DNA of 64,000 nt, from assembly GCA_963805625.1 (NCBI GenBank), contig CAWDVE010000010.1:2016001-2080000 (forward strand), written 5' to 3'. The first letter of the stretch is position 1. Each line of letters begins with the position of its first letter. The notes under the pieces are model-generated. The model saw only the letters and a list, made by a program, of their open reading frames with translations, searched no databases and was not told the DNA's origin. This stretch comes from an uncultured Candidatus Rokubacteria bacterium. Lineage in GTDB: Bacteria > Methylomirabilota > Methylomirabilia > Rokubacteriales > DASRDR01. Shown here piece after piece: positions 9,048 to 18,568 of the stretch. The translations under genes and the position numbers were made by a program.

Positions 9048-9623
9048 TCAGGGGGACCGGGGCGCCCCGGCACGGGCCTCGGCCAGGTCGTTCCAGACAC
9101 GTTGGTCGACGAGCTGGCCGTCCCGCACAGTGAAACGGTCGACGAATCGGATGCCGGAGAACGGGCTGCCGTCGAGCCACTCGCCCGCGAGCGTCCCGTA
9201 GCAGTACACGGCGACCCCATCGTCGCCCGGCGCCTCGTCGAACCGCTCGTAGATCTTCCTGGCGAATCGGTAGCGCTGCCGGGCCCACTCGACCAGCTCC
9301 CCGAGTCCGGAGAAAGTCCGATCCCCGGGAAAGGTCATGCGGAAGCCCTCCGCCAGCATCGCCTGGGCCCCGTCCAGGTCCCGCATCTCGACCGCGCGAA
9401 GAAAGGCGCGCACGAGCTCCGCGGGAGCGAGTGGGTTCGGGTCCCCGGCCCGGGCGCCGACCGCCGCCGGCCGGCGCGCATCGGCGGTCGCACCGAGAAC
9501 CACGACGACATCCTCCGGCCGGAGGCCGAGTACCTGCCCGACCGCCCCGGACAGGCTGGGGGCGAGCCCATCCTCGAGCTGCCGCTCGGACAGCCCCGTC
9601 AGGGTCACGGTGACGACCGTCAT
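9048..9623 (-). CDS. SnoaL/NTF2-like protein with N-terminal tautomerase-like segment
   Basis: C-terminal LVRAFLRAVEMRDL...VYCYGTLAGEWLDGSPFSGIRFVDRF...DQRVWNDLAE. Translationally coupled to the upstream lyase. Confidence 0.8.
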   Translation of the reverse strand: MTVVTVTLTGLSERQLEDGLAPSLSGAVGQVLGLRPEDVVVVLGATADARRPAAVGARAGDPNPLAPAELVRAFLRAVEMRDLDGAQAMLAEGFRMTFPGDRTFSGLGELVEWARQRYRFARKIYERFDEAPGDDGVAVYCYGTLAGEWLDGSPFSGIRFVDRFTVRDGQLVDQRVWNDLAEARAGAPRSP

Positions 9624-10516
9624 GAGTACCTGGCCCGCGCGTCCTCCGGCACGCCGTAGGACTCCTCGAGCCGCTGCACCTCGGTCATGCCGAGCAGGTC
9701 GAAGAACTCCGTGAAGGACGCCACCTCGCCGACCAGGCCAGCGACGGAGCCGGTGTGGCGAAGGCGCCGGAGAACCTCTCGCGATGCGCGGATCGAGGCG
9801 AGGATCAGCCAGTTGGGGTAGATGACGAGCTTGAAACCGAGGGCGTCGATCTCGTCGATGCCCAGGAGGGGGGTCTTGCCGCTCGACGCCATGTTATAGA
9901 GGTGCGGCTTGGCGACCCGCAGCGGGATGGCGGCGAGCTGCTCGTGGGTCCTGGGCGCCTCGACGAAGATGACGTCTGCCCCTGCCTCCCCGTACCGCTG
10001 GGCGCGATCCACCGCGCATTCGAAACCCTCCACCGCGATGGCGTCGGTCCGTGCGATGAGCACGAGGTCACCGTCGAGGCGTGCGTCCGTGGCTGCCTTG
10101 ATCTTGGCCAGCATCTCCTCCGTGGAGATGAGCTGTTTGCCCGCGAGATGCCCGCACCGCTTAGGTAGGACCTGATCCTCGAGGTGCAGCGCCGCCACGC
10201 CGGCCTTCTCGTAGGCCTGGACCGTCCGGCGCACGTTCAGGGGTCCCCCGTAGCCGTTGTCGGCGTCGGCGATCAAGGGAAGTCCGGCAGCGTCGACGAT
10301 CCGGGCGGCGTTGTCGGCCATCTCCGTCATGGTGAGCAGGCCCACGTCGGGCATGCCCAGCCGCACGGCCGTCGTGCCGGCGCCGGTCATGTAGAGCGCG
10401 TCGAAGCCCTCCTGGGCCACGAGGCGGGCATTGAGCGCGTCGGCGACGCCGGGAGCCATGACGACCCCCGGCCGGGCGAGGAGCTCGCGCAAGCGGGCGG
10501 TAGGACGGACACTCAT
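9620..10516 (-). CDS. Isocitrate lyase/PEP mutase family C-C lyase (methylisocitrate or dimethylmalate lyase-like)
   Basis: ADADNGYGG, LHLEDQVLPKRCGH catalytic loop, LIARTDA, ADVIFVEAP. Confidence 0.9.
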   Translation of the reverse strand: MSVRPTARLRELLARPGVVMAPGVADALNARLVAQEGFDALYMTGAGTTAVRLGMPDVGLLTMTEMADNAARIVDAAGLPLIADADNGYGGPLNVRRTVQAYEKAGVAALHLEDQVLPKRCGHLAGKQLISTEEMLAKIKAATDARLDGDLVLIARTDAIAVEGFECAVDRAQRYGEAGADVIFVEAPRTHEQLAAIPLRVAKPHLYNMASSGKTPLLGIDEIDALGFKLVIYPNWLILASIRASREVLRRLRHTGSVAGLVGEVASFTEFFDLLGMTEVQRLEESYGVPEDARARYS

Positions 10517-10734
10517 GGGCGCACACTCCCGGGTGATGGGTGTCATCGGCCTGGCCGGTCCTCGTACACCGCTACGGTAGCGCAAGTCGGCGGGCGCGGA
10601 AACGGGACCGACGCCCCTCCCACCGCGGGTGACGTTGTCCTCGCTCGGGGACACCCCTATACTTGGCATCGACATCCGGTGGCCACGACCGACGCAACGA
10701 GAGCGGGCGACGAGCCCGAGAAGGACGGCCAAGC

Positions 10735-11964
10735 ATGGACACTCTGGGCAAGGAGCGGGACTCGCAGATCTCCCGGCGTCAGTTCGTGGTCGCGACGGCG
10801 GCGACCGCCGTCGCAGCCTTCCCGGCGATCCTGAGGGCGCAGGCGGCCCCTGTGAAGGTTGGCATCATGCACCCCATCACGGGGTTCCTCGCGTACTCAG
10901 GTAACCAGTGCCGCGCCGGCGCCCTGATGGCGGTGGAGGAGATCAACGCCGGCGGGGGCATCAAGGCCCTCGGCGGGGCCAAGATCGAGCCCCTGCTCGC
11001 CGACAACCAGTCGAAAGTCGACGTCGGCGCGTCGGAGTTCGAGAAGCTGAACGAGGCAGGCATCTCGGCCTTCGTGGGACCGTACGCCAGCGCGATCGGC
11101 ATCTCCACCTCCCAGGCCGCCACGCGCTACGCCCTCCCTCACGTCTGCGACGTCACGGTGTCGGACCGGGTCGTGGCCAAGGACAAGCCCACCACGTTCC
11201 GCTTCAGTCCGGGATACACCTCGATCGCCGAGACGGCGATCTCCCGGCTCGACGAGATCAACAAGTCGGCCGGCGGCATCGCCAAGAAAGTCATGATGGT
11301 GCACGAGGAGTCGGAGTCCGGCGCCGGCACCCAGAAGATGCTCGCCAAGGAGCTGCCGAAGTACGGCTTCGACATCGTCGAGACCGTCCTCCACCCGAAC
11401 CCGACGCGGGACTTCAGCAACATCGTCCTCCGCATCCGCGCGCGCAATCCGGACATCTTGATCATCGGCAACTACTACGACGAGTACGTGCTCCTGGTCC
11501 GGACGTTGCGTCAGCAGCAGGTCCGGCTCAAGGGCATCTACTCGGTCCTCGGCGGCGGGGCGTCGAGCTACCGCTTCGTGCGGGAGTCCGCGGAGGCGGC
11601 CCAGCACATCATGGACACCAACCACTGGTACAACCCGCTCAACCCGAAGGCCCTCGACCTGCGGAAGCGAGTGGAAGCTAAGGGGCTCGACTTCTCCTAT
11701 GAGGTGTACCTGAACTACAACGCGGTCATGTGGCTGGCCGACTCCATCGAGCGGGCGCGCTCCGCCAAGCGAGAGGCGATCGTGGAGGCGCTGGCCACCA
11801 GCACCTGGAGCGGCCACATCCTGCCGTACGGGCCGACGAAGATCGTCGACGGCCAGAACACCGGCGCCATGGCCGCCACGCTGCAGGTCCAGGGGAACGA
11901 CATCCAGGTGATCCTGCCGAAGCAGTTCGCGTCGGCCAAGATCGTCTTCCCCGCCCCGGCCTGA
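10735..11964 (+). CDS. Branched-chain amino acid-type ABC substrate-binding protein (Tat-exported)
   Basis: SRRQFV Tat motif, VKVGIMHPITG, EEINAGGGIKALGGAKIE. Confidence 0.92.
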   Translation: MDTLGKERDSQISRRQFVVATAATAVAAFPAILRAQAAPVKVGIMHPITGFLAYSGNQCRAGALMAVEEINAGGGIKALGGAKIEPLLADNQSKVDVGASEFEKLNEAGISAFVGPYASAIGISTSQAATRYALPHVCDVTVSDRVVAKDKPTTFRFSPGYTSIAETAISRLDEINKSAGGIAKKVMMVHEESESGAGTQKMLAKELPKYGFDIVETVLHPNPTRDFSNIVLRIRARNPDILIIGNYYDEYVLLVRTLRQQQVRLKGIYSVLGGGASSYRFVRESAEAAQHIMDTNHWYNPLNPKALDLRKRVEAKGLDFSYEVYLNYNAVMWLADSIERARSAKREAIVEALATSTWSGHILPYGPTKIVDGQNTGAMAATLQVQGNDIQVILPKQFASAKIVFPAPA

Positions 11965-11977
11965 GCCGGTCGATCCT

Positions 11978-12011
11978 CCGGACCCCGGCCTGCCCGCCGG
12001 CCGGGGTCCGG
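11978..12011 (+). repeat. GC-rich stem-loop after the solute-binding gene (mRNA stability or partial terminator)
   Basis: Perfect 13-bp arms CCGGACCCCGGCC / GGCCGGGGTCCGG. Confidence 0.5.
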
Positions 12012-12040
12012 CCGGGTCGGCCACCGCGCCTGATCCGCTC

Positions 12041-12913
12041 ATGCTCGAGCTGACGATCCTGGCACCGGCCCTGATCAACGGGGCCATGACGGGTGCGGTC
12101 TACGCGCTGATCGCCCTCGGCCTGACTCTGGTCTTCGGCGTGCTGCACATCATCAACTTCGCCCACGGCAGCCTGCTGATGGTCGCCATGTACGGCGTCT
12201 TCTTCCTCAACCGCCACCTCGGGCTCGATCCGTACCTGGCCATCCCCATCATGACGGCGGCCATGTTCGTTCTCGGCTTCGGGCTCCAGAAGAGCGTCAT
12301 CAGCAGGGCGAGCCACGGCCGCGACGAGATGATCCTCCTCGTCACGCTCGGCATCTCACTGATCATCGAGAACCTGGCGCTCTACCTGTGGTCGGCAGAC
12401 ACCCGCAACGTCCAGCTCCCTTACGGCTTCGCCGTGGTCAACCTCGGGGTGGCGCTGGTGTCGCGCACCCGCCTGATCGCGTTCGTCGCGGCCGTCGTGC
12501 TGTCCGCCCTGCTCTGGCTGCTCATCGACCGCACGGATCTGGGCAAGGCGATCCGCGCCGTCGCCCGGGAAAAGCAGGGCGCCCGGGTCGTCGGCATCGA
12601 CGTGGAGCACATCTACGCGATGAGCTTCGGCATCGGCGTCGCATGCCTGGGAGCCGCCGCGTGTCTCCTGCTCCCGATCTACTACGTCAACCCGCAGGTT
12701 GGCAACGTGTTCGTGCTGGTGGCCTTCACCATCGTTGTCCTGGGCGGCATGGGCAGCTTCGTGGGCGCGTTCGCGGGGGGGATCATCATCGGCATCGCGG
12801 AATCGCTGGGGGGGCTGTTCCTGGGCGAGAGCTTGGGCCAGATCGGCATCTTCCTCATCTTCATCGCCATCCTGCTGTTCCGGCCGACCGGTCTCTTCCG
12901 GGCAAGGGCGTAG
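12041..12913 (+). CDS. Branched-chain amino acid ABC permease (LivH-like)
   Basis: YALIALGLTLVFGVLHIINFAHG, GKAIRAVA, VVLGGMGS. Confidence 0.93.
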   Translation: MLELTILAPALINGAMTGAVYALIALGLTLVFGVLHIINFAHGSLLMVAMYGVFFLNRHLGLDPYLAIPIMTAAMFVLGFGLQKSVISRASHGRDEMILLVTLGISLIIENLALYLWSADTRNVQLPYGFAVVNLGVALVSRTRLIAFVAAVVLSALLWLLIDRTDLGKAIRAVAREKQGARVVGIDVEHIYAMSFGIGVACLGAAACLLLPIYYVNPQVGNVFVLVAFTIVVLGGMGSFVGAFAGGIIIGIAESLGGLFLGESLGQIGIFLIFIAILLFRPTGLFRARA

Positions 12914-12922
12914 AGGCGGGCG

Positions 12923-13903
12923 GTGGGGAGAAACGCGGTGGTCGGGGCGGTGGCGCTGGGACTCGCCCTGGCCGTTCCCCTGATCGTGCAGTCGGGCTTT
13001 TGGCTGAACCTGCTGACCCTGATGCTGTTCTTCGGCTATCTCGGCGGGTCCTGGAACATCCTCGGCGGGTACGCGGGCCAGTTCTCGTTCGGCCACGCCG
13101 CCTTCTTCGGGACCGGGGCCTACGTCACCGCAATCCTCCAGCTCACCCTCGGCCTGAACCCCTGGGTCACCATGCTCTTCGCCGCGGTCGGAGGCGCCTC
13201 GGTCGGTCTCGTGACCGGCTTCCTCAGCTTCCGCTACGGCCTCCGGGGCAGTTACTTCGCGCTGATCACGCTGGCCTTTTCCGAGGTGCTCCGCGTCCTA
13301 GCCACCACAGCCAAGATCACCAACGGCGGCCAGGGACTGGTCATCCCGTTGAGGACCGGGTTGGGAAACTTCCAGTTCGCCGGCAAGGCCGGCTACTACT
13401 ACGTCGCCCTGGCCATGACGCTCATCTCGCTGGCGGCGGCCTGGTGCCTCGAGCACTCGCGCTTCGGCGCCCGGCTCATGGCGGTGCGCGAGAACGAGGA
13501 CGCGGCGGAAGCCCTGGGGGTGAACGCGTTTGGGCACAAGCTGGCCGCGATCACCATCTCCGGGATGATGGCCGGCGCCGGTGGCACCTTCTACGTGCAG
13601 ATGTTCTTCTACGTCGACCCCGCCATCGCGTACGGTCCGGCGATGTCCGTCGAGAGCTTGCTGGTCTCGATCATCGGCGGGATGGGCACGGTCGCGGGGC
13701 CCCTGCTGGGCTCGATCGTCCTGCACCTCGTCGGCGACCTCACACGGAAGGTGCTGGCGAACGCTCCCGGGATCAGTCTCGTCCTCTACGGCGTGCTGCT
13801 CATCCTCATCCTGCGCTACCTCCCGAACGGGCTGATCGGGGGCGCCCGGGCCCTGGCCGGACGGGTGGGGCTGGGGACCGCCCGATCCGGGTCGACCGGG
13901 TGA
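12923..13903 (+). CDS. Branched-chain amino acid ABC permease (LivM-like)
   Basis: SWNILGGYAGQFSFGHAAFFGTGAY, LRGSYFALITLAF, AVRENEDAAEALG. Confidence 0.93.
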   Translation: MGRNAVVGAVALGLALAVPLIVQSGFWLNLLTLMLFFGYLGGSWNILGGYAGQFSFGHAAFFGTGAYVTAILQLTLGLNPWVTMLFAAVGGASVGLVTGFLSFRYGLRGSYFALITLAFSEVLRVLATTAKITNGGQGLVIPLRTGLGNFQFAGKAGYYYVALAMTLISLAAAWCLEHSRFGARLMAVRENEDAAEALGVNAFGHKLAAITISGMMAGAGGTFYVQMFFYVDPAIAYGPAMSVESLLVSIIGGMGTVAGPLLGSIVLHLVGDLTRKVLANAPGISLVLYGVLLILILRYLPNGLIGGARALAGRVGLGTARSGSTG

Positions 13904-14667
13904 CCGCGATGCTCCGGGTGTCCGCGCTCAGCAAGAGCTTCGGCGGCCTCCGGGCGGTCGACGGCGTCTCGCTCCAGGTGGACGAGGGGCGGATCGTGGC
14001 TCTCATCGGACCCAACGGAGCCGGTAAGACGACGCTGTTCGCCATGATCTCGGGGTTCCTCAGGCCCGACGGCGGGACGGTCGCGTTCCTCGGCGTCGAC
14101 ATCACCGGGCTGGCCCGGCACCGGATCTGCAACCTCGGGCTGGTTCGCACGTTCCAGCTGGTCCAGCCCTTCGCGGGGCTGACCGTGCGCGAGAACATCG
14201 CGATCGGGGCCCACGTCCGGCTCGCGCGTCGCCGTGACGCCCTGGCCCGAGCGGCCGAGGTGGCGCAGCGCGTGCACCTGGTCCGCCAGCTCGACGAGCC
14301 GGCGGCTCGCCTGACCGTGGCGGGCCGCAAGCGGCTGGAGCTCGCCCGCGCCCTCGCCACCCAGCCGAAGCTCCTCCTCCTCGACGAGGTGATGGCCGGG
14401 CTCACCCCGACGGAGACCGAGGAAGTGGTCCAGATCATCCGGACGATCCGGGACTCGGGCGTGACCGTCCTCCTCATCGAGCACGTCATGCAGGCGGTCA
14501 TGCGGCTATCCGAGCAGGTCTATGTCCTGAGCGACGGACAAATCATCGCGGAGGGGCGGCCGGCCGACATCGCCGCCGACCCGACGGTGATCGAGGCCTA
14601 CCTCGGGCGCGGGGCCGCCGCACGGATGGCGGCCGCCGCCGGGACGGAGCCAGCCCGTGGCCGCTAG
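13900..14667 (+). CDS. ABC ATP-binding protein (LivG-like)
   Basis: Walker A GPNGAGKT, LVRTFQ, LLLLDEVMAGL, IEHVM, VIEAYLG. Start GTG 13900 or ATG 13909. Confidence 0.93.
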   Translation: MTAMLRVSALSKSFGGLRAVDGVSLQVDEGRIVALIGPNGAGKTTLFAMISGFLRPDGGTVAFLGVDITGLARHRICNLGLVRTFQLVQPFAGLTVRENIAIGAHVRLARRRDALARAAEVAQRVHLVRQLDEPAARLTVAGRKRLELARALATQPKLLLLDEVMAGLTPTETEEVVQIIRTIRDSGVTVLLIEHVMQAVMRLSEQVYVLSDGQIIAEGRPADIAADPTVIEAYLGRGAAARMAAAAGTEPARGR

Positions 14668-15373
14668 GCGCCTGCTCGACGTGGAGCGGCTGTCGGCGGG
14701 CTACGGGCCCGTGCAGGTGCTGTACGACGTGTCGATCGCGATCGACTCGGGAGAGATCGTGGCGGTGTTGGGCAGCAACGGCGCCGGCAAGTCCACGCTG
14801 ATCAACGTCGTCACCGGGATCGACCTCCCGCGCGGCGGGACGGTCCGCTTCGATGGCCGCCCCATCCCGCCGGGGGTGTCGTGGGCGTGCGTGGCGGCCG
14901 GCATGGTGCAGGTCCCGGAGGGCCGCCGCATCTTCCCCAACCTCACGGTCCGCGAGAACCTGGAGCTCGGGAGCTACCGCCGGGGCAAGGCGAACCGCGC
15001 GCGCAATCTCGAGCGGGTGACCGGGGTCTTCCCGCGTCTGGCCGAGCGCATCGGCCAGTCCGCCGGAACGCTCTCCGGGGGCGAGCAGCAGATGCTCGCG
15101 ATCGGTCGGGGCCTGATGGCCGAGCCGACCCTCCTGATCCTGGACGAGCCGTCGCTCGGCCTGTCTCCCCGTCTGGTCGACGAGATCTTCGCGCTGATCC
15201 AGAGCATGAACCGGGACGGGCTCACGATCCTGCTGGTGGAGCAGAACGTGATGCAGTCCCTGTCGATCGCGCACCGGGCCTACGTCATCGAGAACGGCCG
15301 CCTGACGCTGTCGGGCAGCGCCGCCGATCTCATCGAGAACCCCGAGGTGAGACGGTCGTACCTCGGGCTTTGA
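14657..15373 (+). CDS. ABC ATP-binding protein (LivF-like)
   Basis: GSNGAGKS, QVPEGRRIF, LSGGEQQMLAIGR, LDEPSLGL, VEQN. Confidence 0.93.
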   Translation: MAARRLLDVERLSAGYGPVQVLYDVSIAIDSGEIVAVLGSNGAGKSTLINVVTGIDLPRGGTVRFDGRPIPPGVSWACVAAGMVQVPEGRRIFPNLTVRENLELGSYRRGKANRARNLERVTGVFPRLAERIGQSAGTLSGGEQQMLAIGRGLMAEPTLLILDEPSLGLSPRLVDEIFALIQSMNRDGLTILLVEQNVMQSLSIAHRAYVIENGRLTLSGSAADLIENPEVRRSYLGL

Positions 15374-15395
15374 AAACCGGGAGGCAAGGGAGACC

Positions 15396-16070
15396 ATGGA
15401 GACATCCGACAAGACGGCCCGGCAGCTGTACGAGGAGCTCAAGGCGCGGCCGACCCGTCCCCGCTTCGGCTTCGGGCGGAAGGCGGCGATCGTGAACATC
15501 GACCTGCAGAAGTCGTACACGAACGTGGGGGAGTTCGTGACGGCCTACGAGACGCACCCCCGGCAGGTCGACTACGTCAACCAGATCTCCGACCTGGCCC
15601 GGGCCAAGGGCCTGCCGGTCGTCTGGACCTACGTCGCCTACATGGAGTCGGGGGAGGACTGCGGCGTGTGGGGCACCCGGACGGCCACCCCGGACTCGCT
15701 CCAGAACATCAAGGTGGGCTCCCGCCGGGCCGAGCTCGACGACAGGCTGCACGTGGACCGGGTCAGGGACGTGATCGTCAACAAGCGCATGGCGTCCGCC
15801 CTTCACGAGACTCACCTGGCGTCGCTGTTCATCTGGCACCGGGTCGACACGCTGATCGTGACCGGCGGCTCCACGTCGGGCTGTGTGCGGGCCACGGTCG
15901 TCGACAGCCTGAGCCACGGGTACCGGACGATCGTGCCGGAGGAGTGCGTGGCCGACAAGCACGAGAGCCCGCACTTCGCCAACCTGTACGACATGGCGCT
16001 CAAATATGCCGACGTGGTGCCGGCCGCGGACGTCCTCCGGTACCTGCGGGACTACCAGCCCGGCGCGTGA
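15396..16070 (+). CDS. Isochorismatase-family cysteine amidohydrolase (maleamate or N-carbamoylsarcosine amidase-like)
   Basis: Catalytic D (NIDLQ), K (NKRMAS) and C (GGSTSGCVRAT); ANLYDMALKYADV. Confidence 0.88.
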   Translation: METSDKTARQLYEELKARPTRPRFGFGRKAAIVNIDLQKSYTNVGEFVTAYETHPRQVDYVNQISDLARAKGLPVVWTYVAYMESGEDCGVWGTRTATPDSLQNIKVGSRRAELDDRLHVDRVRDVIVNKRMASALHETHLASLFIWHRVDTLIVTGGSTSGCVRATVVDSLSHGYRTIVPEECVADKHESPHFANLYDMALKYADVVPAADVLRYLRDYQPGA

Positions 16071-16079
16071 GGGGAGACC

Positions 16080-16994
16080 ATGAGGAGCGATCCCGGACTC
16101 TACGACTACTGGCCCTACGTCGATCGCCCGCGGCTCACCTGGCCCAACGGGGCCCGGATCGCCTTCTGGGTGGCGCCGAACATCGAGTTCTACGAGCTCG
16201 ATCCGCCCGTCAATCCCACGTGGAAGGGGACGTGGGCCCGCCCGGTCCCCGACGTGCAGGCGTACTCCCACCGCGACTACGGGAACCGGGTCGGGGTGTG
16301 GCGGATGATGGAGGCGATGGACCGTTATGGCGTGCGGGGCAGCGTCTCGCTGAACGTCGCGCTCTGCGACCACCATCCGGAGATCATCGAGGCGTGCGCC
16401 GCGCGCAACTGGGAGCTCTTCTCGCACGGGATCTACAACACGCGGTTCACCTACGACATGTCGCGAGAGCAGGAGCGGGAGATCATCGAGGATTCCAAGC
16501 GGACCGTCAAGAAGTACAGCGGGCAGGACCTGGCCGGCTGGCTGGCCCCGGCGCTGACCAACACCGAGCACACGATGGACCTGCTCGCCGAGTGCGGCCT
16601 CCAGTACACCTGCGATCTCTTCCACGACGACCAGCCGGCGCCCGTCCACGTTCGGAGCGGCCGGCTCATCAGCATGCCGTACTCCCTCGAGATGAACGAC
16701 GTCATCGTGTACACCTACTACTTCGGGACGCCCCGCCACTACCGCGACCTCATCAAGGCGCAGTTCGACCAGCTGTATGCGGAGGGCGCGCGCTCGGGGA
16801 CGGTGATGTGCGTCCCGCTCCATCCGTTCCTGGTCGGCCAGCCACACCGCGTGGAGGCGTTCGCCGAGGCCCTCGAGTACGTCACGGGCCACGACGGGGT
16901 CTGGGTCACGACGGGCCGCGAGATCGCGGACTGGTACTATGCGCACCACTACGACACCGTCGCGGCGGCCATCGCCGCGCGGGCGGGAGCCTGA
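16080..16994 (+). CDS. Polysaccharide deacetylase family, PuuE/allantoinase-like cyclic amidohydrolase
   Basis: WPNGARIAFWVAPNIE, RDYGNRVGVWR, WELFSHG, PYSLEMND, LHPFLVGQPHR. Confidence 0.88.
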   Translation: MRSDPGLYDYWPYVDRPRLTWPNGARIAFWVAPNIEFYELDPPVNPTWKGTWARPVPDVQAYSHRDYGNRVGVWRMMEAMDRYGVRGSVSLNVALCDHHPEIIEACAARNWELFSHGIYNTRFTYDMSREQEREIIEDSKRTVKKYSGQDLAGWLAPALTNTEHTMDLLAECGLQYTCDLFHDDQPAPVHVRSGRLISMPYSLEMNDVIVYTYYFGTPRHYRDLIKAQFDQLYAEGARSGTVMCVPLHPFLVGQPHRVEAFAEALEYVTGHDGVWVTTGREIADWYYAHHYDTVAAAIAARAGA

Positions 16995-16998
16995 CGCC

Positions 16999-17922
16999 AT
17001 GCCGGTGCCGGCGGACTACCTGCGCTACCCTCACCGATCCCGCGGGATGGACCACGACCGGTACGAGTGGTCGATCCTGGTCCGGCGCAAGCCGGTGGAG
17101 TGGCCGGGCCGCGCCCGGATCGCGTTGCTCGTGATGCCGGCGCTCGAGTGGTTCCCCCTCGACATGACCGGGAAGCCGTTCCGCGCTCCCGGAGGGCTCG
17201 AGCGTCCCTACCCCGACTACCGCTACTACACGAGCCGCGACTACGGCAACCGGGTCGGGGTGTTCCGGGTGATGGAGGTGCTGGACGATCTCGGGGTCCG
17301 GGCCTCGGTGGCGGTGAATTCGGCGCTGGCGGAGCGCCATCCGTTCCTGATCGACGAGGTGGCCCGCCGGGGGTGGGAGATCGTCGCCCACGGCGTCCAC
17401 ATGGACCGGCTGCACCACGGCGGCCTGCCGGTCGAGCAGGAGCGCCAGCAGGTGCAGGAGTCGGTCGGCACGCTGCGCCGGCGGTCCGGCCAGCCGGTCA
17501 CCGGATGGCTGTCACCGGCCCGGTCGGAGTCGCAGCACACGCTCGACCTGGTGGCCGCCGAGGGAATCGCCTACGTCTGCGACTGGGTCAACGACGACAT
17601 GCCCTATCCCATTCGCACCGCGCACGGCCCCATCTACGCGATGCCTCACTCCCACGAGATCGACGACCGGGTGATCCTGCTCGACCTCCACCACACGGAA
17701 GCCCAGTTCGTGGAGCAGGTCTCGGACCAGTTCGACGCGCTGTACCGGGAGGCCGGGCGCCACGGCGGCCGGATCATGGCCATCACGCTCCACCCCTGGG
17801 TGATCGGCCAGCCCTATCGGATCCGCGCCCTGCGGGCCGCCCTCTCGCACGTCCTGCGCCACGCCGGGGTCTGGTCGGCAACCGCAGCCGAGATCCTCGC
17901 CGCGTTCAGGGCCCAGACCTGA
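16999..17922 (+). CDS. Second PuuE-like polysaccharide deacetylase family protein
   Basis: RDYGNRVGVFR, WEIVAHG, GWLSPA, DWVNDDMPY, LHPWVIGQPYR. Confidence 0.88.
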   Translation: MPVPADYLRYPHRSRGMDHDRYEWSILVRRKPVEWPGRARIALLVMPALEWFPLDMTGKPFRAPGGLERPYPDYRYYTSRDYGNRVGVFRVMEVLDDLGVRASVAVNSALAERHPFLIDEVARRGWEIVAHGVHMDRLHHGGLPVEQERQQVQESVGTLRRRSGQPVTGWLSPARSESQHTLDLVAAEGIAYVCDWVNDDMPYPIRTAHGPIYAMPHSHEIDDRVILLDLHHTEAQFVEQVSDQFDALYREAGRHGGRIMAITLHPWVIGQPYRIRALRAALSHVLRHAGVWSATAAEILAAFRAQT

Positions 17923-17958
17923 CGGCCGCCGCCGCCCCCTGGCCCGGGCGCCGCGAGA

Positions 17959-18567
17959 TCAGGGCAGCCAGGGATGCTCGGCCCGGTAGCGCTCCTCGAA
18001 GGCGGCGATCCGGTCCTCCAGGCCGAGCGTGCGGCCGATCTCGTCCAACCCCCTGAGCAGCGCTTCCTTCCAGAAGGCGTCCAGGGTGAAACGGTGGATC
18101 GCGCCATCGGCCGCGATCACGCTCTGGTCCGGCAGGTCGACGACGAGACGGCTGCCGGGATGGGCGGCGAGGCCCGAGCGGAGCGCCGCGACCGTGGCCG
18201 CCGGCAGGCGCACCGGGAGGAGGCCGTTCTTCAAGCAGTTGTTGTAGAAGATGTCGCCGAAGCTCGGCGCGATGACGGCCCGGAAGCCGTAGTCAAAGAG
18301 CGCGTACACCGCCCCTTCCCGCGAGGAGCCGCAGGCGAAGTTCTCGTTGGCGACCAGGATCCGTGCCGGCCGGTACGCCGGCCGGTTGAGGAAGAATTCG
18401 GACCTTTCCACGCCGGCGTCGTCGAGCCGCAGGTCGTGGAACAGGAAGCGCCCGTACCCGTCCTCTCGCGGGTACTTCAGGAACCGCGCGGGGACGATCT
18501 GATCGGTATCGACGTTGATCTCGTCGTAGGGCGCGGCGACGGCGTCGAGACGCGTGAACGGTTCCGT
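17959..18567 (-). CDS. leuD: Isopropylmalate dehydratase-family small subunit (apparent ACG start codon)
   Basis: (M)EPFTRLDAVAAPYDEINVDTDQIVPARFLK...NFACGSSREGAVYAL...APSFGDIFYNNCLKNGLLP...LLRGLDEIGRTL. The expected ATG reads ACG at 18567-18565. Confidence 0.9.
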   Translation of the reverse strand, partial: TEPFTRLDAVAAPYDEINVDTDQIVPARFLKYPREDGYGRFLFHDLRLDDAGVERSEFFLNRPAYRPARILVANENFACGSSREGAVYALFDYGFRAVIAPSFGDIFYNNCLKNGLLPVRLPAATVAALRSGLAAHPGSRLVVDLPDQSVIAADGAIHRFTLDAFWKEALLRGLDEIGRTLGLEDRIAAFEERYRAEHPWLP

Positions 18568-18568
18568 C

